From Candidatus Krumholzibacteriia bacterium (GTDB taxonomy: Bacteria; Krumholzibacteriota; Krumholzibacteriia; Krumholzibacteriales; Krumholzibacteriaceae): 64,000 bases of DNA. Positions 50,015-60,260 of the stretch are shown here, one piece after another. The stretch is from the NCBI GenBank assembly GCA_963836185.1, contig CAWIIQ010000002.1, forward strand, positions 64,001-128,000, read 5' to 3'. The position numbers and the translations under genes are program-made. The notes beneath the pieces were generated by a model that was not told where the DNA came from, searched no databases, and saw only the letters and a program-made list of their open reading frames with translations. Every line of letters starts with the position of its first letter. Position 1 is the first letter of the stretch.

Positions 50015-52219
50015 TTGAAACGCTACGTGACGCGGCAACTGCAGCATGGACCCGGCATCGAGGCGGCACCTGCACCGTTTCTTCTCCTGACAATCATATT
50101 CATCATTCAATCTGCGATGGCGGGCAGCAGCCCCGTTTCTGCCCAGGCGTGCGGATTGTGCGAACTGGCCGGGAGAATAGAGCGTGAGGAACTTCTTGTC
50201 ACGGTCAGGGAGTTGAGCGGAGCCGATTCGGTGACAGTCGGCGGCACAAGAACATGTATCGCGACCAGATCGACCCTTCTGCCGGAAAAGCTCATCGCGA
50301 GGGATTACCTGCTCGAACGGGTAGCGGAGCTGGGATACAGCGCAATACGCCAGCCCTTCTCCCTGAGTGTATACTATCCCGCTCTGATCGCCGCCGAGGT
50401 TTCTGTTACCGGGGAGACGTTATGGACAGGCACTAACGAGGGCGAGATATACATGATGACAGCCGCGGAGGACTGGAATACCGCGAGAGTCGTCTCAAGG
50501 ATAGACGCGAGGATATACGATCTGGCCCTCGACCGTTTCGGCACTCTCTGGGCTGCCTGCAAGACGAAAGGGGTGGGGTTCGGGGAACTTCATTATTCCG
50601 AAGACGGCGGAATGACCTGGAATGACAAGGTCATCGGCGACGTCACGAACAGTATCTTTGCGCTCAGTTCGATCGTATTCCTTGAGTCTGACGCGGCGAT
50701 CGTCTCCGGTTCGTTCGGAACGGCGTTCAGGATGCAGTACGCCATGGGTGACTGGCACCTCAGCGCTCCTTTCGATCCGGCTGATTTCATACACAGGCAG
50801 CTGAACGGCTCCGCGTCTTCGGGGCCGATGCATGTCTGGATAGTCTCGGTCGACGGAACGATCTTCGAGAGCGAGAATCTCGGCGCAACGTGGACCAGTA
50901 TCAATCCCGGTTTCGATACTCTCTGGGACATAGAGTTCTCGGGCCCGGACAGGGGAATAGTTGTCGGAGATGGAGTGACTTACCACACTACTGACGGGGG
51001 CGATACCTGGAACACGGTCGCCGTTCAGTCATCGCTTTACACGGTGACGATGATCGATTCCCTCAACGCGGTCGCTGCGGGAATCGGAGGCGATGTGTGG
51101 AGCACGGAGGATGGAGGAGCGACATGGTCGCCGGTCGTATACGATTGCGCCCGTGACGAGGATATCAGGGAGACTGTCTTTTCTCCATCCGAGACGGTCT
51201 GGGCGGTCGGGATGAACATGCCGCTGAAGCTCGAACTGGGAGAGACACAGGTCACCTGCCGCCAGTGGGAGCTCTCAGACACTATCTGGGGCGAGAACCT
51301 GATCTTCAGCAGCGAGGGCCGGACACTTCCCGATGAGAAGATCGTCGTCTGCGCTCATTACGACTCGAGGAACTGGCAGGACCCGTATTGCGCCCCTGGC
51401 GCCGATGACAACGCAAGTGGATGCGCCGGAGTGCTGGAGATCGCGAGGGTCTTCGCCGGAGCGTCATTCGACAGGTCGATCGAGTACATCCTGTTCGACG
51501 GAGAGGAGACGGGGCTGGTGGGCAGCAGGCACTATGTCGCTGTGAGGGACACCGATCTTACAGTCGGCGGCGTCATCAATCTCGACATGATTGGCAGGGA
51601 TTACAGCGGGGGAGTCACGGTAGAGGTGGCAGGCAGGGAGGACCCCCTTGATTCGGCGCTGGCCGCTCTGATAATCGACATGTCGGCATCTCTCCAGCTC
51701 GACCTCGACTGCAACTATATGTTCAATTATTCTCCTACGAGCGACCACAAACCGTTCTGGGAGATTCCGGGCGTTCCCGCGATACTGCTGATTGAGAAAG
51801 AGTATTTCAACAACCCGAACTACCATGCATGTTCCGATGTCGCCGCTAATATCGATTTTGATTACATGACCGATATCGTCAAGGTGGCTGCGGGCTCGGC
51901 GGCGCAGCTGGCAGGGTTGATCAGCGCCGATCCTTTACCCTCGACGGTAGTCCTGCATCAGAATTTCCCGAATCCTCTATTCAACCATACGAGGGTCAGG
52001 TTCGAGCTCCCCTCGCGGCTGCCCGTGGACCTGACGCTGTTCGACCTGACCGGCAGGCGCGTAGTCGCGATGATTACTGATACTCTCGATGAAGGCAGGC
52101 ACGAGTACGCCTGGGACGGAAGAGATCCCTCGGGAGACGCCGTGTCAAGCGGAGTCTATTTTCTCAGGCTGGAAGCCGGAAGTACCGTTCTTGTCAGAAA
52201 GGTCGTTATCGTACGATGA
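50015..52219 (+). CDS. Secreted M28 aminopeptidase with inserted BNR/YCF48-like propeller and FlgD-Ig/T9SS-like tail
   Basis: AHYDS, GADDNASG, GEETG, NLDMI, SDH, YH ligands; S/T-x-D-G-G-x-T-W Asp-boxes; QNFPNP..WDG..SGVYF. Confidence 0.88.
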   Translation: MKRYVTRQLQHGPGIEAAPAPFLLLTIIFIIQSAMAGSSPVSAQACGLCELAGRIEREELLVTVRELSGADSVTVGGTRTCIATRSTLLPEKLIARDYLLERVAELGYSAIRQPFSLSVYYPALIAAEVSVTGETLWTGTNEGEIYMMTAAEDWNTARVVSRIDARIYDLALDRFGTLWAACKTKGVGFGELHYSEDGGMTWNDKVIGDVTNSIFALSSIVFLESDAAIVSGSFGTAFRMQYAMGDWHLSAPFDPADFIHRQLNGSASSGPMHVWIVSVDGTIFESENLGATWTSINPGFDTLWDIEFSGPDRGIVVGDGVTYHTTDGGDTWNTVAVQSSLYTVTMIDSLNAVAAGIGGDVWSTEDGGATWSPVVYDCARDEDIRETVFSPSETVWAVGMNMPLKLELGETQVTCRQWELSDTIWGENLIFSSEGRTLPDEKIVVCAHYDSRNWQDPYCAPGADDNASGCAGVLEIARVFAGASFDRSIEYILFDGEETGLVGSRHYVAVRDTDLTVGGVINLDMIGRDYSGGVTVEVAGREDPLDSALAALIIDMSASLQLDLDCNYMFNYSPTSDHKPFWEIPGVPAILLIEKEYFNNPNYHACSDVAANIDFDYMTDIVKVAAGSAAQLAGLISADPLPSTVVLHQNFPNPLFNHTRVRFELPSRLPVDLTLFDLTGRRVVAMITDTLDEGRHEYAWDGRDPSGDAVSSGVYFLRLEAGSTVLVRKVVIVR

Positions 52220-52225
52220 CGACGA

Positions 52226-52813
52226 TCACGCTATGATCACCTCTACGTCACCGAATACCTGTGAGCAGGCTATGACTAGTGTGCTTTCATCTCCTTCTCC
52301 ACCGGGGGAACGATAGCATTTACCATCGGTACTGCCCCCCTCGGGAGCCTTGAGTTCGCCGAAGACGCCGTTGCTCCTGATCTCGACAGGCATGCCTGCC
52401 GGAACTCTCAGCGAGATATCGCCGAAGACCGTATGGAGGTCGAGCTGCCCGTACCCGACTATTCTCCTGACATCGGAAAGGTCGATCGATATCGTGCCGA
52501 AGACCGTGCTCGCGCTCCCGCCCGAAAATTCCTCCGTGCGGACCCTTATGCTGATGTCGCCGAAGGCGCTGGAGTGCTTTACGTAAGGCGAATCGGATGT
52601 TTCCACGGTATCGCCGAACATCCTTCTGCCGCTGTGCCCCGAAGATTTCCCCCTCTTTCTCAGCAGGCTGAATCCCCAGACGATCAGGATGACCGGCCAG
52701 AGTCTCCAGAAACCTCCCCAGAGGTCGATGACACCGAAGCCGTCGAGCAGGGCGAGGATCCCGATACCTATCAGGGCCAGCGCCCATCTGTTTTCTTTGG
52801 TTCTCAGGTTCAT
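52226..52813 (-). CDS. LiaF-like membrane protein (DUF5668 TM + DUF2154-like beta domain)
   Basis: LWPVILI.WG TM hairpin followed by repeated (V/A)FGD/E motifs. Confidence 0.8.
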   Translation of the reverse strand: MNLRTKENRWALALIGIGILALLDGFGVIDLWGGFWRLWPVILIVWGFSLLRKRGKSSGHSGRRMFGDTVETSDSPYVKHSSAFGDISIRVRTEEFSGGSASTVFGTISIDLSDVRRIVGYGQLDLHTVFGDISLRVPAGMPVEIRSNGVFGELKAPEGGSTDGKCYRSPGGEGDESTLVIACSQVFGDVEVIIA

Positions 52814-52814
52814 T

Positions 52815-53312
52815 TTATTGCTCCCGGTTATTGTTGTCAGAGCCGGACCTGGTGAGGGCAAGGACACCAGCGCTGATCAGAAGAAGCGGCCAGATAAATT
52901 TCAGCACGGGAATACTTCCCATCAGAAATATCGTTCCGACTATCGACAGTATCGCTGCCGGCACGAGTATGCCCCTGTCCCTTTTCCCGAACAGGTACAT
53001 CGCGAAGAACCCGAAAGCCGGCGCCAGGATGAAGAAGGGCCAGAGGTGATCCATATGAGCCCAGTCGTATCGTGCGTTGATATTAAAGACCACACCGATT
53101 GTAAGCAGTATCGTTCCCGGCATGATCAGGCCGTCTTTGGTGCGGTCAAATATGAATCCAAGCCAGAAGATGACTCCCATAACGATCAGGATCCATGTCC
53201 AGAGCACTTCCCAGTCGAGATCGAGAGCGCCGAAATTGCCCAGCAGGAATACTATCCCGACCATGATCATGATCAGGCCGGGAACTACCTGTCTCTTTCT
53301 TCCATCACTCAT
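52815..53312 (-). CDS. LiaI/LiaF-TM-like (DUF5668) membrane protein
   Basis: GLIMIMVGIVFLLGNFG, LWPFFIL, WPLLLI. Confidence 0.75.
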   Translation of the reverse strand: MSDGRKRQVVPGLIMIMVGIVFLLGNFGALDLDWEVLWTWILIVMGVIFWLGFIFDRTKDGLIMPGTILLTIGVVFNINARYDWAHMDHLWPFFILAPAFGFFAMYLFGKRDRGILVPAAILSIVGTIFLMGSIPVLKFIWPLLLISAGVLALTRSGSDNNNREQ

Positions 53313-53316
53313 CGTT

Positions 53317-53883
53317 CTGCCTCCATTTCACGCCGGCCGCATCCCGCGTCACGCGTCTGCCTGCCCGCCCGGTATATCGATTTTTTTCTCGGGATTTACG
53401 ATTATGAACACGCCCGCCGCTACCGTCAGGATCGGCCATATGTATTTGAATACGGGAACGCTGTTCAGAAGGAATATCAGGCTGATCAACCCCAGCACGG
53501 CGGCGGTTATCAATATGCTCCTGTTTTTCTTGCTCAGCAGGTATGTGAAGTAAAGGCCGAGAGCGGGGGCCAGGATAAAGAGAGGCCCCATATTTTCGAT
53601 CGATGCCCATGTATATTTAGTTATCAGAAAGAACACTACACCGTAGATCACGAGGATCGTCCCCGGCATGATCAGGAAGTCACGGCTCCTGTCCATCAGG
53701 AATCCCACCCAGAAGACCACTCCCATTATCATGATCATCCATGTGAAGACCACTTCCCAGTCGGGATGGAAAGCTCCGAAATTTCCAAGGATGAAAAGCA
53801 GCCCGATAAGAATCAGCGCCAGCCCCTGAAGTATCGGTCTTGACCTGAGTTCGCTCATTGTCCTGCCTCCGTTTCACGCCGGC
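53317..53883. repeat. Duplicated 21-nt leader/RBS of the two paralogs (53317-53337 and 53863-53883)
   Basis: CTGCCTCC[A/G]TTTCACGCCGGC, 20/21 identical. Confidence 0.85.
53349..53858 (-). CDS. Paralogous LiaI/LiaF-TM-like membrane protein
   Basis: Colinear with the previous gene (LGNFGA..DWEV..W, IMPGTIL, FILAPA, PV.K.IWP). Confidence 0.75.
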   Translation of the reverse strand: MSELRSRPILQGLALILIGLLFILGNFGAFHPDWEVVFTWMIMIMGVVFWVGFLMDRSRDFLIMPGTILVIYGVVFFLITKYTWASIENMGPLFILAPALGLYFTYLLSKKNRSILITAAVLGLISLIFLLNSVPVFKYIWPILTVAAGVFIIVNPEKKIDIPGGQADA

Positions 53884-53885
53884 TG

Positions 53886-55032
53886 TCAGCTGCCGGCGGC
53901 AGTCTCAAGAACATGTTCGCATTCCTCTTCCGTATTGTACATATGCGGGCTCAGGCGCACCGCCCCTTCCCTGAGGCTGCAGACGATCCCGGCGTCCCGC
54001 AGCCGCGCGAAGACAGGCTGAGCCTCTTCTTTTTCGCTGTCGAAGCAGAGTATACCTGATTTTTCCCCGTCTCCCAACGGACTCTTTATCCTGAATCCTC
54101 TTTCCATGAGGCCGGCGGCGAGCCGGCCGGTCAGTGAAAGTATCCTCTTTTCGACCGCGTTCTTTCCCAGTCTCAGTATCCTGTCTATCGAAACTCCCAG
54201 CGCGTATATCCCGTGAAGGTTCGGAGAGCCTTCCTCGAACCGCTCCGCCGAATCGCGGTATGTGAAGTCGTAGTCAATAAAATCCCTTGGATCGACCACT
54301 CCGGTCCAGCCTGGGTTCCAGATATCGATCTGGTCGAGAAGTTCCCTGCGGACAGAAGAATATCCCGACTCCCGGAAGACCCATCATCCACTTGTGGCCG
54401 CCGGCGGAGAGGAAATCTATCTTCGATCTCCCGACATCGATCTCGAGAGCGCCCAGTCCCTGTATGGCGTCGACGTGGAGAAAGATGCCCCTGCCGCGGC
54501 AGAAATCACCGAGCGCGTCGAGATCGATCCTCTGTCCTGTAGAGAACTGGACCTGGCTGACGGTGACAGCCCTGGTGCGGGAGTCGCAGACTTCGGCCAG
54601 CATCTCCGCCGTGACCAGTCCGTCGGCGGGTTCGACCATCCGGAGTTCGACGCCCCTTCGCCACAATCCCATCCACGGGTATACGTTGGCGGGGAACTCG
54701 ATTGAGGGCATGACGACGTTGTCGCCATCTTTCCACCGTATTCCTCCGGCGGCTATCTGTACCCCGTGGGTCGTGTTCTTGACGAAAGCGATCTCGTCCG
54801 CCGCCGCGCCTGTCAGTTCCGCGGCCGCGGACCGGACCTGCGCGACCCGCCCGAAGATCTCCTCTTCAGCAAGGGCGCCGCCGGCCAGCAGGGCGGACAG
54901 TCCGTCCAGGGCCTGGCGGGAAGTCAACGAGAGCGGACTTATGGCGGCGTGATTGAAGTAGGCGATATCGCCGGAGGTGGAGAACTCGCTCCTGACATCG
55001 TTCCATATGCCCGTCTTATCGTTACTATCCAT
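53886..55032 (-). CDS. Class V PLP aminotransferase (apparent +1 frameshift near 54351)
   Basis: YFNHAAISP, EFPANVYPW, DAIQ, GGHKW. Removing one base gives FFCRRELLDQIDIWNPGW..., continuing to RFEEGS and RLSPH.YN. Confidence 0.85.
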
Positions 55033-55100
55033 TTTATCCTGCCTCCGGGGGAATCTTCTCAGAAGAAAAGCGGGGTGTACAGTTTAAATAAGGCGCTCGA

Positions 55101-55790
55101 TCAGACTGTCGCCGTATGGATGGCGACGACGCCGAACATCAATTGCTGCCATGTGACACGGGAAAAGCCCGCTTCCGATATTTCAGAGGCTAGTGCGGCC
55201 GGTCCGGGGAACGACCGTATCGAACCGGAGAGGTAGGCATACCCTTCCTTCTCCCCGGTAAGCGTTTTCCCGAGCCTTCCGATGACAAGGCCGGCGTAAG
55301 TATGAAGGATACTTCTGACCGGAGCGGCCTCGGGCTGGCTCGTCTCGAGGTTCACAAAGACCCCCCCGGGCTTCAGTATCCGTCTTATCTCCCTTAGAGA
55401 ACCGGCGAAGAGCCCGCTGCGGCTCCGGAGGTTTCTCGCCGCGAATGTCACCGTAACGAGATCGAATGTTCCGGCTGGAAAGGGAAGGGCGTCCGCCGAA
55501 GCGGCGGCCGGGACTAGCGCTTCGCTGCCTCGCCGCCTTATGCCCTCGCGCAGCATCGGGACGGAGAAATCAGCCGAGATGACAGCCGTGCCGGCAGGTG
55601 AGCGGCGTGAAAGGAGAAGAGAAGTCTCGCCCGTACCGCTGCACATGTCGAGCCAGGTACCCCCTCTGGCGGCGCGTACCGCGATATCGGCGGCGATCCT
55701 TCTCCATATCATGTCGAGACCGAAAGTCAGCAGATGGTTGGTACTTTCGTAACGGCGGGGGATATTTCTGTAAACGTCCTGGAGGTCCAT
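55101..55790 (-). CDS. UbiE/MenG-family methyltransferase
   Basis: Y...NHLLTFGLD..WRR, LDMCSGTG, DFS..ML, LPF, Y.YL..SI..FP. Confidence 0.88.
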   Translation of the reverse strand: MDLQDVYRNIPRRYESTNHLLTFGLDMIWRRIAADIAVRAARGGTWLDMCSGTGETSLLLSRRSPAGTAVISADFSVPMLREGIRRRGSEALVPAAASADALPFPAGTFDLVTVTFAARNLRSRSGLFAGSLREIRRILKPGGVFVNLETSQPEAAPVRSILHTYAGLVIGRLGKTLTGEKEGYAYLSGSIRSFPGPAALASEISEAGFSRVTWQQLMFGVVAIHTATV

Positions 55791-55814
55791 GATCGCCGAT
55801 CTTTCTGACGCGGG

Positions 55815-56495
55815 TCAATCCACGCGGTTACTGTCTCCGGGAAGCATTCCCTGTTCTTCCCATAACCCCCGGCGCACAGTGATCACGGAACCCTTCCATA
55901 CTATGTCGCCCCTGTCGCGCAGCCGGAGTATCAGCCTTGAGAGAGTCTCGGGGACCGTGCCTATCGCGGCCGCGATCTCCTTCTTGGGGATCTCGACGGT
56001 GAATGTCTCTTCCGCTCCACACTGTTCGTACAGGAAGCGGAAGAAGCGCTGCTCGACATCGTAGGCGGTCAGGTAGTGGATCCTCTGTGAGAGGTATCGA
56101 AGCCTCCCGATTATCGTCGAGATGAACTCGCGGCGAAAGGCCCTGTCCTCCAGCAGTGCCTGGAAGTTCGAGCCCGAAATGGCCCAGGCAACGGAATACT
56201 TTGTCGCGATCGCGCTGACGGGATAGCGACCCTTGTCGAAGAATGCGACCTCCGCGAAAGCTTCGAAAGGGCTGACGAGCTTCACGGTCGTCTCCTGGCC
56301 GTCCTCTGCCAGCTTGTAGAGCCTGATGCCTCCTTCTTCGAGGACAAATAGGGAGCTGCCTTCATCCCCTTCGAAGAAGAGATGCTCCCCGCGGGCGATC
56401 TCGATCCTACGCCCGCCCTCCGAGAGCTTCGAGAGCAGCTGCTCGCCGAGATCGCGGAACAGGGCCGTTTTCATCAGTATACCCGTCACGTTCAT
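55815..56495 (-). CDS. Crp/Fnr-family regulator (HcpR-like), divergent from hcp
   Basis: LFFEGD, G.IRLYK, FAEVA, HTH IAAAIGTVPETLSR. Start uncertain (56495 or 56513). Confidence 0.9.
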   Translation of the reverse strand: MNVTGILMKTALFRDLGEQLLSKLSEGGRRIEIARGEHLFFEGDEGSSLFVLEEGGIRLYKLAEDGQETTVKLVSPFEAFAEVAFFDKGRYPVSAIATKYSVAWAISGSNFQALLEDRAFRREFISTIIGRLRYLSQRIHYLTAYDVEQRFFRFLYEQCGAEETFTVEIPKKEIAAAIGTVPETLSRLILRLRDRGDIVWKGSVITVRRGLWEEQGMLPGDSNRVD

Positions 56496-56570
56496 AGTCT
56501 TGCTATCCTGCATGACAGGCGGTACAATATCAACAGGCGAAATCACAAAAAATACAAATATCCGCCGGAA

Positions 56571-56584
56571 TTGACCCCGGTCAA
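56571..56584. promoter_or_regulatory. Crp/Fnr-type box TTGAC-N4-GTCAA
   Basis: Perfect palindrome between the Crp/Fnr gene and hcp. Confidence 0.75.
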
Positions 56585-56682
56585 GGCAGCATATCCTTGT
56601 GTCGGTTATTATTCGGTTCCGGTGACGCGTGGAAGATATCGGCGCGGACCGGATAGCCCCTGATGGAAAAGGAGACCTGACA

Positions 56683-58320
56683 ATGAACATGTTCTGTTAC
56701 CAGTGCCAGGAAACAGCCGGGAACACAGGCTGCACGAAAGCAGGCGTCTGCGGCAAGTCGCCGGAGACCTCTGCGCTCCAGGATCTGCTCATCTTCGTTT
56801 CGAAAGGTGTTTCGATACCCGGTTCGAGGGCTGTCGAGGGGAGCGACGATTTCATGGCCGCGGGCAGGTACCTGTCAGGTGCGATGTTCGCCACCATCAC
56901 CAACGGCAATTTCGATGACAATCGCTTTATAGAGCTGATCGATGAGGGGATCGCCCTTCGCGACAATCTGATGAAAAAATATTCCGGTGAACTCGAGGGA
57001 ACGATACACGAAGCAGCAGCGTGGTCGCCCGCGCCAGGCGCAGACATCAGGGCCAAGGGACTCGAAGTCGGTGTGATGTCGACGGGGAACGAAGATATCC
57101 GCTCGCTCAGAGAGCTGCTCGTGTACGGCCTCAAGGGCATCGCCGCCTACGCTCACCATGCCTGGGTCCTCGGGTACGAGAGCGATGAGATCTACTCGTT
57201 CATCATGAAGGGCCTCTCCGCGACGACGCGGGATCTTTCAGCCGAAGAGCTCACGGGGCTCGTGCTCGAGGCCGGCAAGTGCGCCGTCGATACGATGGCT
57301 CTGCTCGACAAGGCAAATACGGATACATACGGCAATCCCGAGATTTCGACAGTCAAGACCGGCGTGCGCGGCAATCCCGGCATACTCGTCTCGGGCCACG
57401 ATCTGAAGGATCTCGAGGAACTCCTCGAGCAGACAGACGGGACAGGCGTCGATATCTACACACACGGCGAGATGCTGCCGGCTCACTATTACCCTTCGTT
57501 CAAGAAGTACGGCCACCTCGCCGGCAACTACGGCGGTGCCTGGTACAGTCAGGGCAAGGAGTTCGATTCGTTCAACGGCCCGATCCTGATGACGACCAAC
57601 TGCATCACGCCCGTAAAAGATGGATACAGGGACAGGATATTCACCTCGGGCCTGGCGGGATATCCCGGCATCAGGCACATCGCCGATCGCGCCGATGGTG
57701 GAAAGAAGGATTTCTCGGAGATCATCGGGATAGCGAAGAAATCGGCCGCTCCCGAGCAAATCGAGGACGGGCAGATCGTCGGCGGATTCGCTCACGCCCA
57801 GGTAACAGCTCTGGCAGGTGACATCGTCGAGGCCGTCAAATCGGGTGCCATCAAGAAGTTCGTCGTAATGGCGGGCTGCGATGGAAGGCAGAAGGGACGC
57901 TCTTACTTCACCGAGGTCGCCGAGAACCTTCCGAAGGACGCCGTGATACTGACCGCCGGATGCGCGAAGTACAGGTACAACAAGCTCGATCTCGGTGATA
58001 TCGGCGGTATTCCCAGGGTCCTCGATGCCGGACAGTGCAACGATTCGTATTCGCTTGCCGTCACGGCGCTTAAGCTGAAAGAGGCGTTCGAACTCGAAGA
58101 CGTCAACGACCTTCCGCTGGCGTTCGATATTGCGTGGTACGAGCAGAAGGCCGTGGCTGTGCTGCTGGCCCTGCTTCACCTCGGATTCAAGAACATCAAG
58201 CTCGGGCCCACGCTGCCGGCGTTCCTGTCGCCGAACGTGGTAAAGGTCCTCGTCGATACCTTCGGCATAGCGCCGACAGGTGACGCCGCGGACGATGTGG
58301 CTTCGATCATGGCCGGTTAA
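56683..58320 (+). CDS. hcp: Hybrid cluster protein (hydroxylamine reductase), class I
   Basis: MFCYQCQET....GCT..GVCGK, SGHDL, THGEMLP, TTNC, GCDG, GCAKYR, GQCNDSY, WYEQKA. Confidence 0.97.
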   Translation: MNMFCYQCQETAGNTGCTKAGVCGKSPETSALQDLLIFVSKGVSIPGSRAVEGSDDFMAAGRYLSGAMFATITNGNFDDNRFIELIDEGIALRDNLMKKYSGELEGTIHEAAAWSPAPGADIRAKGLEVGVMSTGNEDIRSLRELLVYGLKGIAAYAHHAWVLGYESDEIYSFIMKGLSATTRDLSAEELTGLVLEAGKCAVDTMALLDKANTDTYGNPEISTVKTGVRGNPGILVSGHDLKDLEELLEQTDGTGVDIYTHGEMLPAHYYPSFKKYGHLAGNYGGAWYSQGKEFDSFNGPILMTTNCITPVKDGYRDRIFTSGLAGYPGIRHIADRADGGKKDFSEIIGIAKKSAAPEQIEDGQIVGGFAHAQVTALAGDIVEAVKSGAIKKFVVMAGCDGRQKGRSYFTEVAENLPKDAVILTAGCAKYRYNKLDLGDIGGIPRVLDAGQCNDSYSLAVTALKLKEAFELEDVNDLPLAFDIAWYEQKAVAVLLALLHLGFKNIKLGPTLPAFLSPNVVKVLVDTFGIAPTGDAADDVASIMAG

Positions 58321-58348
58321 TGACCGGTTATTCGAGACAGTCCGTTCC

Positions 58349-58387
58349 AGGCCCGCCCCGCACTCGCGGAGGCGGGCCTTCTTTATT
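58349..58387 (+). terminator. hcp terminator
   Basis: AGGCCCGCC...GGCGGGCCT stem followed by a T-rich tail. Confidence 0.7.
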
Positions 58388-58462
58388 GCGAGGCAGCACT
58401 TTACACTTGCGCTTTAAACCTGTAGATTGCTGATTATACCTACACTTTCTCCGGACAGGATT

Positions 58463-60260
58463 ATGAAGAATATCAGGAATTTCAGCATAACGGCCCATAT
58501 CGACCACGGGAAATCGACCCTCGCCGACAGGCTTATCCAGGGCGCGGGGCTGGTAACCGCTCGTGATTTCCACGACCAGATGCTCGACACGATGGATATA
58601 GAACGCGAACGCGGTATCACGATCAAGAGCCAGACCGTGGCTATCCCGTACAAAAGCAAGTCGGGCGAAGAATATGTGCTGAATCTGATCGATACGCCGG
58701 GGCATGTCGATTTCTCCTACGAGGTCTCCAGGGCGCTCGCTTCATGCGAGGGTGTCCTGCTGCTGGTCGACGCCAGCCAGGGTGTGGAGGCCCAGACGGT
58801 GGCCAACCTGTACCTGGCCCTCGAGCATAATCTCGAGATCATTCCCGTGATAAACAAGATCGACCTGCCATCGGCCGACGTGAATATGTCGAAGGAGCAG
58901 ATCGAGCTCGAGCTGGGACTCGATTCGGACGATGTGCTTCTCTGCTCAGCCAAGACCGGTATCGGCATCGAGGAGATACTCGAAGCGGTCGTCGAGAAGA
59001 TCCCTCCGCCGAGGGATACTGAAAAGGAACCTTTGAGGGCCCTGATATTCGATGCCCAGTACGATCCGTTCCGCGGGGCGATCATCCACTGCCGCGTGAT
59101 GGACGGCAGTATCAAGCCGGGCGACTCGATAAGATTCATGTCACTGGGAACGATCTACAAGGTCGAAGAGGTCGGGGTCTTCAAGCTGAAACATGTGAAG
59201 CGTAAAAAGCTCTCCGCCGGAGAGGTCGGGTATATCATCGCCGGCGTCAAGACGGTCAGCGACACGAGGATAGGCGATACGGTGGTCCACGAGGGCGATA
59301 ACGTCTCCGAGCAGCTGCCCGGGTTCAAGGTGGTCAAGCCGGTCGTATTCTCCTCGATCTACCCGATCGACTCCAACGACTACAACGCCCTGGCCGACTC
59401 GCTCGAGAAATACAAGCTCAACGACGCCTCGCTGATATACCAGAAGGACTCCTCGGCGGCCCTCGGCCACGGATTCAGATGCGGGTTTCTCGGGCTGCTG
59501 CATCTTGAGGTCTTCCAGGAGAGGCTCGAACGGGAGTTCAACCAGTCGATCATCATGACCTCTCCGAGTGTGCTGTACAAATTCATCCTCGACGGCGGGG
59601 AGGAAGTCGCGGTCGACAACCCGGAGTACTATCCCGATCCTGCTCATATCGAGAGCGCGCTCGAGCCCTACATCCGTGCCAGCATCCTCTTTCCCGGAGA
59701 AATACATGGGAGCGGTGATGCAGCTCTGCCTTAACCGCCGCGGGGAGAACTCGCATTTCAGCTATCCCGCGCCGGGCAGGATCGAGCTTCTCTTCGACAT
59801 GCCGCTCGCCGAAGTCATCCACGATTTTTACGATAAGCTCAAGACGATCACGCAGGGTTACGGCTCTTTCGATTACGAGCTGACAGACTACAGGAAGAAC
59901 GACCTCGTCAAGATCGATATCCTCGTCAACGGCGAAAGGGTCGACGCCCTGGCGATGATCGTGCACAAGGACAGGGCGAGGCCGAGGACCAAGCAGGTAT
60001 GCGACAGGCTGCGCGATGAGATACCGCGGCACATGTTCAAGATCGCCGTGCAGGGCGCTATCGGTGGAAAGATCATCGCGAGATCGACGATCCAGGCGAT
60101 GCGCAAGGACGTGCTGGCGAAGTGCTACGGGGGCGATATCTCGCGTAAGCGAAAGCTGCTCGAGAAGCAGGCCAAGGGAAAGAAGAGGATGAAGACGATC
60201 GGCAAGGTGTCGATCCCGCAGACAGCTTTTGTCGCCGTACTGAAGACCCAGGATGAATGA
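58463..60260 (+). CDS. lepA: Elongation factor 4 (apparent extra G near 59696)
   Basis: IRNFSI.AHIDHGKSTLADR, DTPGHVDF, GFRCGFLGLLH, then ILFP-EKYMG across the frameshift, RKDVLAKCYGGDISRK. Confidence 0.96.

Noticed and set aside
53886-55032. SufS/selenocysteine lyase call
   Set aside because: The catalytic RxGxHC Cys motif is not visible, so it is left as a generic class V PLP enzyme.
59690-59700. Programmed frameshifting or pseudogenisation of lepA (and of GT2, C69, class V aminotransferase)
   Set aside because: Single extra bases with no slippery heptamer, and both halves are fully conserved; sequencing error is more parsimonious.
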